Below, one piece after another: positions 22,465 to 33,177 of a DNA stretch of 37,452 nucleotides (positions within the stretch are counted from its first letter, which is position 1; the number at the start of each line of letters is the position of its first letter). The stretch spans positions 62,001-99,452 of the forward strand of contig JAXLNO010000181.1 of NCBI GenBank assembly GCA_038087875.1, written 5' to 3'. The position numbers and the translations under genes are program-made. Origin of the DNA: Malacoraja senta. Taxonomy: Eukaryota. The notes under the pieces were generated by a model. It ran no database searches and was not told where the DNA came from. It saw only the letters and a program-made list of their open reading frames with translations.

Positions 22465-24720
22465 GCCTAAGCCTAAGCCTAAGCCTAAGCCTAAGCCTAA
22501 GCCTAAGCCTAAGCCTAAGCCTAAGCCTAAGCCTAAGCCTAAGCCTAAGCTTAAGCCTAAGCCTAAGCCTAAGCCTAAGCCTAAGCCTAAGCCTAAGCCT
22601 AAGCCTAAGCCAAAGCCAAAGCCTAAGCCTAAGCCAAAGCCAAAGCCTAAGCCTAAGCCAAAGCCAAAGCCAAAGCCAAAGCCAAAGCCTAAGCCAAAGC
22701 CAAAGCCAAAGCCAAAGCCAAAGCCAAAGCCAAAGCCAAAGCCAAAGCCAAAGCCAAAGCCAAAGCCAAAGCCAAAGCCAAAGCCAAAGCCAAAGCCAAA
22801 GCCAAAGCCAAAGCCAAAGCCAAAGCCAAAGCCAAAGCCAAAGCCAAAGCCAAAGCCAAAGCCAAAGCCAAAGCCAAAGCCAAAGCCAAAGCCAAAGCCA
22901 AAGCCAAAGCCAAAGCCAAAGCCAAAGCCAAAGCCAAAGCCAAAGCCAAAGCCAAAGCCAAAGCCAAAGCCAAAGCCAAAGCCAAAGCCAAAGCCAAAGC
23001 CAAAGCCAAAGCCAAAGCCAAAGCCAAAGCCAAAGCCAAAGCCAAAGCCAAAGCCAAAGCCAAAGCCAAAGCCAAAGCCAAAGCCAAAGCCAAAGCCAAA
23101 GCCAAAGCCAAAGCCAAAGCCAAAGCCAAAGCCAAAGCCAAAGCCAAAGCCAAAGCCAAAGCCAAAGCCAAAGCCAAAGCCAAAGCCAAAGCCAAAGCCA
23201 AAGCCAAAGCCAAAGCCAAAGCCAAAGCCAAAGCCAAAGCCAAAGCCAAAGCCAAAGCCAAAGCCAAAGCCAAAGCCAAAGCCAAAGCCAAAGCCAAAGC
23301 CAAAGCCAAAGCCAAAGCCAAAGCCAAAGCCAAAGCCAAAGCCAAAGCCAAAGCCAAAGCCAAAGCCAAAGCCAAAGCCAAAGCCAAAGCCAAAGCCAAA
23401 GCCAAAGCCAAAGCCAAAGCCAAAGCCAAAGCCAAAGCCCAAAGCCAAAGCCAAAGCCAAAGCCAAAGCCAAAGCCAAAGCCAAAGCCAAAGCCAAAGCC
23501 AAAGCCAAAGCCAAAGCCAAAGCCAAAGCCAAAGCCAAAGCCAAAGCCAAAGCCAAAGCCAAAGCCAAAGCCAAAGCCAAAGCCAAAGCCAAAGCCAAAG
23601 CCCCAAAGCCAAAGCCAAAGCCTAAGCCAAAGCCAAAGCCAAAGCCAAAGCCAAAGCCAAAGCCTAAGCCTAAGCCTAAGCCTAAGCCAAAGCCTAAGCC
23701 TAAGCCTAAAGCCTAAGCCTAAGCCTAAGCCTAAGCCTAAGCCTAACCCTACCTAAGCCTACTCCTAAGCCTAAGCCTAAGCCTAAGCCTAAGCCTAAGC
23801 CTAAGCCTAAGCCTAAGCCTAAGCCTAAGCCTAAGCCTAAGCCTAAGCCTAAGCCTAAGCCTAAGCCTAAGCCTAAGCCTAAGCCTAAGCCTAAGCTAAG
23901 CCTAAGCCTAAGCCTAAGCCTAAGCCAAAGCCAAAGCCAAAGCCAAAGCCAAAGCCAAAGCAAAGCCAAAGCCAAAGCCAAAGCCAAAGCCAAAGCCAAA
24001 GCCAAAGCCAAAGCCAAAGCCAAAGCCAAAGCCAAAGCCAAAGCCAAAGCCAAAGCCAAAGCCAAAGCCAAAGCCAAAGCCAAAGCCAAAGCCAAAGCCA
24101 AAGCCAAAGCCAAAGCCAAAGCCAAAGCCAAAGCCAAAGCCAAAGCCAAAGCCAAAGCCAAAGCCAAAGCCAAAGCCAAAGCCAAAGCCAAAGCCAAAGC
24201 CAAAGCCAAAGCCAAAGCCAAAGCCAAAGCCAAAGCCAAAGCCAAAGCCAAAGCCAAAGCCAAAGCCAAAGCCAAAGCCAAAGCCAAAGCCAAAGCCAAA
24301 GCCAAAGCCAAAGCCAAAGCCAAAGCCAAAGCCAAAGCCAAAGCCAAAGCCAAAGCCAAAGCCAAAGCCAAAGCCAAAGCCAAAGCCAAAGCCAAAGCCA
24401 AAGCCAAAGCCAAAGCCAAAGCCAAAGCCAAAGCCAAAGCCAAAGCCAAAGCCAAAGCCAAAGCCAAAGCCAAAGCCAAAGCCAAAGCCAAAGCCAAAGC
24501 CAAAGCCAAAGCCAAAGCCAAAGCCAAAGCCAAAGCCAAAGCCAAAGCCAAAGCCAAAGCCAAAGCCAAAGCCAAAGCCAAAGCCAAAGCCAAAGCCAAA
24601 GCCAAAGCCAAAGCCAAAGCCAAAGCCAAAGCCAAAGCCAAAGCCAAAGCCAAAGCCAAAGCCAAAGCCAAAGCCAAAGCCAAAGCCAAAGCCAAAGCCA
24701 AAGTCAAAGCCAAAGCCAAA

Positions 24721-26772
24721 GCCTAAGCCAAAGCCAAAGCCAAAGCCAAAGCCAAAGCCTAAGCCAAAGCCAAAGCCAAAGCCAAAGCCAAAGCCAAAGC
24801 CAAAGCCAAAGCCAAAGCCAAAGCCAAAGCCAAAGCCTAAGCCAAAGCCAAAGCCAAAGCCAAAGCCTAAGCCAAAGCCAAAGCCAAAGCCAAAGCCAAA
24901 GCCAAAGCCAAAGCCAAAGCCAAATCCAAAGCCTAAGCCAAAGCCAAAGCCAAAGCCAAAGCCAAAGCCTAAGCCAAAGCCAAAGCCAAAGCCAAAGCCT
25001 AAGCCAAAGCCAAAGCCAAAGCCAAAGCCAAAGCCTAAGCCTAAGCCTAAGCCAAAGCCTAAGCCTAAGCCTAAGCCTAAGCCTAAGCCTAAGCCTAAGC
25101 CTAAGCCTAAGCCTAAGCCAAAGCCAAAGCCAAAGCCTAAGCCAAAGCCAAAGCCAAAGCCGAAGCCTAAGCCTAAGCCTAAGCCTAAGCCTAAGCCAAA
25201 GCCAAAGCCAAAGCCAAAGCCAAAGCCAAAGCCAAAGCCTAAGCCTAAGCCTAAGCCAAAGCCAAAGCCAAAGCCAAAGCCAAAGCCAAAGCCAAAGCCA
25301 AAGCCAAAGCCAAAGCCAAAGCCTAAACCTAAGCCAAAGCCTAAGCCTAAGCCAAAGCCAAAGCCTAAGCCTAAGCCTAAGCCTAAGCCAAAGCCTAAGC
25401 CTAAGCCTAAGCCTAAGCCTAAGCCTAAGCTTAAGCCTAAGCCTAAGCCTAAGCCTAAGCCTAAGCCTAAGCCTAAGCCTAAGCCTAAGCCTAAGCCTAA
25501 GCCTAAGCCTAAGCCTAAGCCTAAGCCTAAGCCTAAGCCAAAGCCAAAGCCAAAGCCAAAGCCAAAGCCAAAGCCAAAGCCAAAGCCAAAGCCAAAGCCA
25601 AAGCCAAAGCCAAAGCCAAAGCCAAAGCCAAAGCCAAAGCCAAAGCCAAAGCCAAAGCCAAAGCCAAAGCCAAAGCCAAAGCCAAAGCCAAAGCCAAAGC
25701 CAAAGCCAAAGCCAAAGCCTAAGCCTAAGCCTAAGCCTAAGCCTAAGCCTAAGCCTAAGCCTAAGCCTAAGCCTAAGCCTAAGCCTAAGCCAAAGCCAAA
25801 GCCAAAGCCAAAGCCAAAGCCAAAGCCAAAGCCAAAGCCAAAGCCAAAGCCAAAGCCAAAGCCAAAGCCAAAGCCAAAGCCAAAGCCAAAGCCAAAGCCA
25901 AAGCCAAAGCCAAAGCCAAAGCCAAAGCCAAAGCCAAAGCCAAAGCCAAAGCCAAAGCCAAAGCCAAAGCCAAAGCCAAAGCCAAAGCCAAAGCCAAAGC
26001 CAAAGCCAAAGCCAAAGCCAAAGCCAAAGCCAAAGCCAAAGCCAAAGCCAAAGCCTAAGCCTAAGCCAAAGCCAAAGCCAAAGCCAAAGCCTAAGCCAAA
26101 GCCAAAGCCAAAGCCTAAGCCAAAGCCAAAGCCAAAGCCAAAGCCAAAGCCTAAGCCAAAGCCAAAGCCTAAGCCTAAGCCTAAGCCTAAGCCTAAGCCT
26201 AAGCCTAAGCCTAAGCCAAAGCCTAAGCCTAAGCCTAAGCCTAAGCCTAAGCCTAAGCCAAAGCCTAAGCCTAAGCCTAAGCCTAAGCCTAAGCCTAAGC
26301 CTAAGCCTAAGCCTAAGCCTAAGCCTAAGCCAAAGCCTAAGCCTAATCCAAAGCCTAAGCCTAAGCCAAAGCCAAAGCCAAAGCCTAAGCCAAAGCCTAA
26401 GCCTAAGCCTAAGCCAACGCCTAAGCCTAAGCCTAAGCCTAAGCCTAAGCCTAAGCCTAAGCCTAAGCCTAAGCCTAAGCCTAAGCCTAAGCCTAAGCCT
26501 AAGCCTAAGCCTAAGCCTAAGCCTAAGCCAACGCCTAAGCCTAAGCCTAAGCCTAAGCCTAAGCCTAAGCCTAAGCCTAAGCCTAAGCCTAAGCCTAAGC
26601 CTAAGCCTAAGCCTAAGCCTAAGCCTAAGCCTAAGCCTAAGCCAAAGCCAAAGCCTAAGCCAAAGCCTAAGCCAAAGCCAAAGCCAAAGCCTAAGCCTAA
26701 GCCTAAGCCTAAGCCTAAGCCTAAGCCTAAGCCTAAGCCTAAACCTAAGCCTAAGCCTAAGCCTAAGCCTAA
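24721..26772 (+). repeat. Higher-order repeat family C core, copy 1
   Basis: Ordered markers: GCCGAA 25159, GCTTAA 25429, TCCAAA 26347, GCCAAC 26413 and 26527, ACCTAA 26743. Confidence 0.87.
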
Positions 26773-28104
26773 GCCAAAGCCAAAGCCAAAGCCAAAGCCA
26801 AAGCCAAAGCCAAAGCCAAAGCCAAAGCCAAAGCCAAAGCCAAAGCCAAAGCCAAAGCCAAAGCCAAAGCCAAAGCCAAAGCCAAAGCCAAAGCCAAAGC
26901 CAAAGCCAAAGCCAAAGCCAAAGCCAAAGCCAAAGCCAAAGCCAAAGCCAAAGTCAAAGCCAAAGCCAAAGCCAAAGCCAAAGCCAAAGCCAAAGCCAAA
27001 GCCAAAGCCAAAGCCAAAGCCAAAGCCAAAGCCAAAGCCAAAGCCAAAGCCAAAGCCAAAGCCAAAGCCAAAGCCAAAGCCAAAGCCAAAGCCAAAGCCA
27101 AAGCCAAAGCCAAAGCCAAAGCCAAAGCCAAAGCCAAAGCCAAAGCCAAAGCCAAAGCCAAAGCCAAAGCCAAAGCCAAAGCCAAAGCCAAAGCCAAAGC
27201 CAAAGCCAAAGCCAAAGCCAAAGCCAAAGCCAAAGCCAAAGCCAAAGCCAAAGCCAAAGCCAAAGCCAAAGCCAAAGCCAAAGCCAAAGCCAAAGCCAAA
27301 GCCAAAGCCAAAGCCAAAGCCAAAGCCAAAGCCAAAGCCAAAGCCAAAGCCAAAGCCAAAGCCAAAGCCAAAGCCAAAGCCAAAGCCAAAGCCAAAGCCA
27401 AAGCCAAAGCCAAAGCCAAAGCCAAAGCCAAAGCCAAAGCCAAAGCCAAAGCCAAAGCCAAAGCCAAAGCCAAAGCCAAAGCCAAAGCCAAAGCCAAAGC
27501 CAAAGCCAAAGCCAAAGCCAAAGCCAAAGCCAAAGCCAAAGCCAAAGCCAAAGCCAAAGCCAAAGCCAAAGCCAAAGCCAAAGCCAAAGCCAAAGCCAAA
27601 GCCAAAGCCAAAGCCAAAGCCAAAGCCAAAGCCAAAGCCAAAGCCAAAGCCAAAGCCAAAGCCAAAGCCAAAGCCAAAGCCAAAGCCAAAGCCAAAGCCA
27701 AAGCCAAAGCCAAAGCCAAAGCCAAAGCCAAAGCCAAAGCCAAAGCCAAAGCCAAAGCCAAAGCCAAAGCCAAAGCCAAAGCCAAAGCCAAAGCCAAAGC
27801 CAAAGCCAAAGCCAAAGCCAAAGCCAAAGCCAAAGCCAAAGCCAAAGCCAAAGCCAAAGCCAAAGCCAAAGCCAAAGCCAAAGCCAAAGCCAAAGCCAAA
27901 GCCAAAGCCAAAGCCAAAGCCAAAGCCAAAGCCAAAGCCAAAGCCAAAGCCAAAGCCAAAGCCAAAGCCAAAGCCAAAGCCAAAGCCAAAGCCAAAGCCA
28001 AAGCCAAAGCCAAAGCCAAAGCCAAAGCCAAAGCCAAAGCCAAAGCCAAAGCCAAAGCCAAAGCCAAAGCCAAAGCCAAAGCCAAAGCCAAAGCCAAAGC
28101 CAAA

Positions 28105-28578
28105 GCCTAAGCCAAAGCCAAAGCCTAAGCCTAAGGCTAAGCCTAAGCCAAAGCCTAAGCCTAAGCCAAAGCCTAAGCCAAAGCCTAAGCCTAAGCCTAA
28201 GCCTAAGCCTAAGCCTAAGCCTAAGCCTAAGCCTAAGCCTAAGCCTAAGCCTAAGCCTAAGCCTAAGCCTAAGCCAAAGCCTAAGCCAAAGCCTAAGCCT
28301 AAGCCAAAGCCTAAGCCAAAGCCTAAGCCTAAGCCTAAGCCAAAGCCTAAGCCTAAGCCTAAGCCAAAGCCTAAGCCTAAGCCAAAGCCAAAGCCAAAGC
28401 CAAAGCCAAAGCCAAAGCCTAAGCCTAAGCCAAAGCCTAAGCCTAAGCCAAAGCCTAAGCCTAAGCCAAAGCCTAAGCCAAAGCCAAAGCCAAAGCCTAA
28501 GCCTAAGCCTAAGCCTAAGCCTAAGCCTAAGCCTAAGCCTAAGCCTAAGCCTAAGCCTAAGCCTAAGCCTAAGGCTAA
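28105..28578 (+). repeat. Single-copy T/A mixed module flanked by GGCTAA markers
   Basis: GGCTAA at 28135 and 28573. There is no equivalent between C copies 2 and 3. Confidence 0.7.
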
Positions 28579-29178
28579 GCCAAAGCCAAAGCCAAAGCCA
28601 AAGCCAAAGCCAAAGCCAAAGCCAAAGCCAAAGCCAAAGCCAAAGCCAAAGCCAAAGCCAAAGCCAAAGCCAAAGCCAAAGCCAAAGCCAAAGCCAAAGC
28701 CAAAGCCAAAGCCAAAGCCAAAGCCAAAGCCAAAGCCAAAGCCAAAGCCAAAGCCAAAGCCAAAGCCAAAGCCAAAGCCAAAGCCAAAGCCAAAGCCAAA
28801 GCCAAAGCCAAAGCCAAAGCCAAAGCCAAAGCCAAAGCCAAAGCCAAAGCCAAAGCCAAAGCCAAAGCCAAAGCCAAAGCCAAAGCCAAAGCCAAAGCCA
28901 AAGCCAAAGCCAAAGCCAAAGCCAAAGCCAAAGCCAAAGCCAAAGCCAAAGCCAAAGCCAAAGCCAAAGCCAAAGCCAAAGCCAAAGCCAAAGCCAAAGC
29001 CAAAGCCAAAGCCAAAGCCAAAGCCAAAGCCAAAGCCAAAGCCAAAGCCAAAGCCAAAGCCAAAGCCAAAGCCAAAGCCAAAGCCAAAGCCAAAGCCAAA
29101 GCCAAAGCCAAAGCCAAAGCCAAAGCCAAAGCCAAAGCCAAAGCCAAAGCCAAAGCCAAAGCCAAAGCCAAAGCCAAA

Positions 29179-31700
29179 GCCTAAGCCTAAGCCTAAGCCT
29201 AAGCCTAAGCCTAAACCTAAGCCTAAGCCTAAGCCTAAGCCTAAGCCTAAGCCTAAGCCTAAGCCTAAGCCAAAGCCTAAGCCTAATCCAAAGCCAAAGC
29301 CTAAGCCTAAGCCTAAGCCTAAGCCTAAGACTAAGCCTAAGCCTAAGCCTAAGCCTAAGCCTAAGCCTAAGCCTAAGCCTAAGCCTAAGCCTAAGCCTAA
29401 GCCTAAGCCTAAGCCTAAGCCTAAGCCAACGCCTAAGCCTAAGCCTAAGCCTAAGCCTAAGCCTAAGCCTAAGCCTAAGCCTAAGCCTAAGCCTAAGCCT
29501 AAGCCTAAGCCTAAGCCTAAGCCAAAGCCAAAGCCAAAGCCAAAGCCAAAGCCTAAGCCAAAGCCAAAGCCAAAGCCAAAGCCAAAGCCAAAGCCAAAGC
29601 CAAAGCCAAAGCCAAAGCCAAAGCCAAAGCCAAAGCCAAAGCCAAAGCCAAAGCCAAAGCCAAAGCCAAAGCCAAAGCCAAAGCCAAAGCCAAAGCCAAA
29701 GCCAAAGCCAAAGCCAAAGCCAAAGCCAAAGCCAAAGCCTAAGCCAAAGCCAAAGCCAAAGCCAAAGCCAAAGCCAAAGCCAAAGCCAAAGCCAAAGCCA
29801 AAGCCAAAGCCAAAGCCAAAGCCTAAGCCAAAGCCAAAGCCAAAGCCAAAGCCTAAGCCAAAGCCAAAGCCAAAGCCAAAGCCAAAGCCAAAGCCAAAGC
29901 CAAAGCCAAAGCCAAAGCCTAAGCCAAAGCCAAAGCCAAAGCCAAAGCCAAAGCCTAAGCCAAAGCCAAAGCCAAAGCCAAAGCCTAAGCCAAAGCCAAA
30001 GCCAAAGCCAAAGCCAAAGCCTAAGCCTAAGCCTAATCCAAAGCCTAAGCCTAAGCCTAAGCCTAAGCCTAAGCCTAAGCCTAAGCCTAAGCCTAAGCCT
30101 AAGCCAAAGCCAAAGCCAAAGCCTAAGCCAAAGCCAAAGCCAAAGCCGAAGCCTAAGCCTAAGCCTAAGCCTAAGCCTAAGCCAAAGCCAAAGCCAAAGC
30201 CAAAGCCAAAGCCAAAGCCAAAGCCTAAGCCTAAGCCTAAGCCAAAGCCAAAGCCAAAGCCAAAGCCAAAGCCAAAGCCAAAGCCAAAGCCAAAGCCAAA
30301 GCCAAAGCCAAAGCCTAAGCCTAAGCCAAAGCCTAAGCCTAAGCCAAAGCCAAAGCCTAAGCCTAAGCCTAAGCCTAAGCCAAAGCCTAAGCCTAAGCCT
30401 AAGCCTAAGCCTAAGCCTAAGCCTAAGCTTAAGCCTAAGCCTAAGCCTAAGCCTAAGCCTAAGCCTAAGCCTAAGCCTAAGCCTAAGCCTAAGCCTAAGC
30501 CTAAGCCTAAGCCTAAGCCTAAGCCAAAGCCAAAGCCAAAGCCAAAGCCAAAGCCAAAGCCAAAGCCAAAGCCAAAGCCAAAGCCAAAGCCAAAGCCAAA
30601 GCCAAAGCCAAAGCCAAAGCCAAAGCCAAAGCCAAAGCCAAAGCCAAAGCCAAAGCCAAAGCCAAAGCCAAAGCCAAAGCCTAAGCCTAAGCCTAAGCCT
30701 AAGCCTAAGCCTAAGCCTAAGCCTAAGCCTAAGCCTAAGCCAAAGCCAAAGCCAAAGCCAAAGCCAAAGCCAAAGCCAAAGCCAAAGCCAAAGCCAAAGC
30801 CAAAGCCAAAGCCAAAGCCAAAGCCAAAGCCAAAGCCAAAGCCAAAGCCAAAGCCAAAGCCAAAGCCAAAGCCAAAGCCAAAGCCAAAGCCAAAGCCAAA
30901 GCCAAAGCCAAAGCCAAAGCCAAAGCCAAAGCCAAAGCCAAAAGCCAAAGCCAAAGCCAAAGCCAAAGCCAAAGCCAAAGCCAAAGCCAAAGCCAAAGCC
31001 AAAGCCAAAGCCAAAGCCAAAGCCTAAGCCTAAGCCAAAGCCAAAGCCAAAGCCAAAGCCTAAGCCAAAGCCAAAGCCAAAGCCTAAGCCAAAGCCAAAG
31101 CCTAAGCCTAAGCCTAAGCCTAAGCCTAAGCCTAAGCCTAAGGCCTAAGCCAAAGCCTAAGCCTAAGCCTAAGCCTAAGCCAAAGCCTAAGCCTAAGCCT
31201 AAGCCTAAGCCTAAGCCTAAGCCTAAGCCTAAGCCTAAGCCTAAGCCTAAGCCAAAGCCTAAGCCTAATCCAAAGCCTAAGCCTAAGCCAAAGCCAAAGC
31301 CAAAGCCTAAGCCAAAGCCTAAGCCTAAGCCTAAGCCAACGCCTAAGCCTAAGCCTAAGCCTAAGCCTAAGCCTAAGCCTAAGCCTAAGCCTAAGCCTAA
31401 GCCTAAGCCTAAGCCTAAGCCTAAGCCTAAGCCTAAGCCTAAGCCTAAGCCTAAGCCTAAGCCAACGCCTAAGCCTAAGCCTAAGCCTAAGCCTAAGACT
31501 AAGCCTAAGCCTAAGCCTAAGCCTAAGCCTAAGCCTAAGCCTAAGCCTAAGCCTAAGCCTAAGCCTAAGCCTAAGCCTAAGCCTAAGCCAAAGCCTAAGC
31601 CAAAGCCTAAGCCAAAGCCAAAGCCAAAGCCTAAGCCTAAGCCTAAGCCTAAGCCTAAGCCTAAGCCTAAACCTAAGCCTAAGCCTAAGCCTAAGCCTAA
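29179..31700 (+). repeat. Higher-order repeat family C, copy 2 (leader module plus core)
   Basis: Leader: ACCTAA 29215, TCCAAA 29287, GACTAA 29329, GCCAAC 29425. Core: GCCGAA 30145, GCTTAA 30427, TCCAAA 31269, GCCAAC 31335 and 31461, ACCTAA 31671. Confidence 0.88.
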
Positions 31701-33177
31701 GCCAAAGCCAAAGCCAAAGCCAAAGCCAAAGCCAAAGCCAAAGCCAAAGCCAAAGCCAAAGCCAAAGCCAAAGCCAAAGCCAAAGCCAAAGCCAAAGCCA
31801 AAGCCAAAGCCAAAGCCAAAGCCAAAGCCAAAGCCAAAGCCAAAGCCAAAGCCAAAGCCAAAGCCAAAGCCAAAGCCAAAGCCAAAGCAAAGCCAAAGCC
31901 AAAGCCAAAGCCAAAGCCAAAGCCAAAGCCAAGCCAAAGCCAAAGCCAAAGCCAAAGCCAAAGCCAAAGCCAAAGCCAAAGCCAAAGCCAAAGCCAAAGC
32001 CAAAGCCAAAGCCAAAGCCAAAGCCAAAGCCAAAGCCAAAGCCAAAGCCAAAGCCAAAGCCAAAGCCAAAGCCAAAGCCAAAGCCAAAGCCAAAGCCAAA
32101 GCCAAAGCCAAAGCCAAAGCCAAAGCCAAAGCCAAAGCCAAAGCCAAAGCCAAAGCCAAAGCCAAAGCCAAAGCCAAAGCCAAAGCCAAAGCCAAAGCCA
32201 AAGCCAAAGCCAAAGCCAAAGCCAAAGCAAAGCCAAAGCCAAAGCCAAAGCCAAAGCCAAAGCCAAAGCCAAAGCCAAAGCCAAAGCCAAAGCCAAAGCC
32301 AAAGCCAAAGCCAAAGCCAAAGCCAAAGCCAAAGCCAAAGCCAAAGCCAAAGCCAAAGCCAAAGCCAAAGCCAAAGCCAAAGCCAAAGCCAAAGCCAAAG
32401 CCAAAGCCAAAGCCAAAGCCAAAGCCAAAGCCAAAGCCAAAGCCAAAGCCAAAGCCAAAGCCAAAGCCAAAGCCAAAGCCAAAGCCAAAGCCAAAGCCAA
32501 AGCCAAAGCCAAAGCCAAAGCCAAAGCCAAAGCCAAAGCCAAAGCCAAAGCCAAAGCCAAAGCCAAAGCCAAAGCCAAAGCCAAAGCCAAAGCCAAAGCC
32601 AAAGCCAAAGCCAAAGCCAAAGCCAAAGCCAAAGCCAAGCCAAAGCCAAAGCCAAAGCCAAAGCCAAAGCCAAAGCCAAAGCCAAAGCCAAAGCCAAAGC
32701 CAAAGCCAAAGCCAAAGCCAAAGCCAAAGCCAAAGCCAAAGCCAAAGCCAAAGCCAAAGCCAAAGCCAAAGCCAAAGCCAAAGCCAAAGCCAAAGCCAAA
32801 GCCAAAGCCAAAGCCAAAGCCAAAGCCAAAGCCAAAGCCAAAGCCAAAGCCAAAGCCAAAGCCAAAGCCAAAGCCAAAGCCAAAGCCAAAGCAAAGCCAA
32901 AGCCAAAGCCAAAGCCAAAGCCAAAGCCAAAGCCAAAGCCAAAGCCAAAGCCAAAGCCAAAGCCAAAGCCAAAGCCAAAGCCAAAGCCAAAGCCAAAGCC
33001 AAAGCCAAAGCCAAAGCCAAAGCCAAAGCCAAAGTCAAAGCCAAAGCCAAAGCCAAAGCCAAAGCCAAAGCCAAAGCCAAAACCAAAGCCAAAGCCAAAG
33101 CCAAAGCCAAAGCCAAAGCCAAAGCCAAAGCCAAAGCCAAAGCCAAAGCCAAAGCCAAAGCCAAAGCCAAAGCCAAA

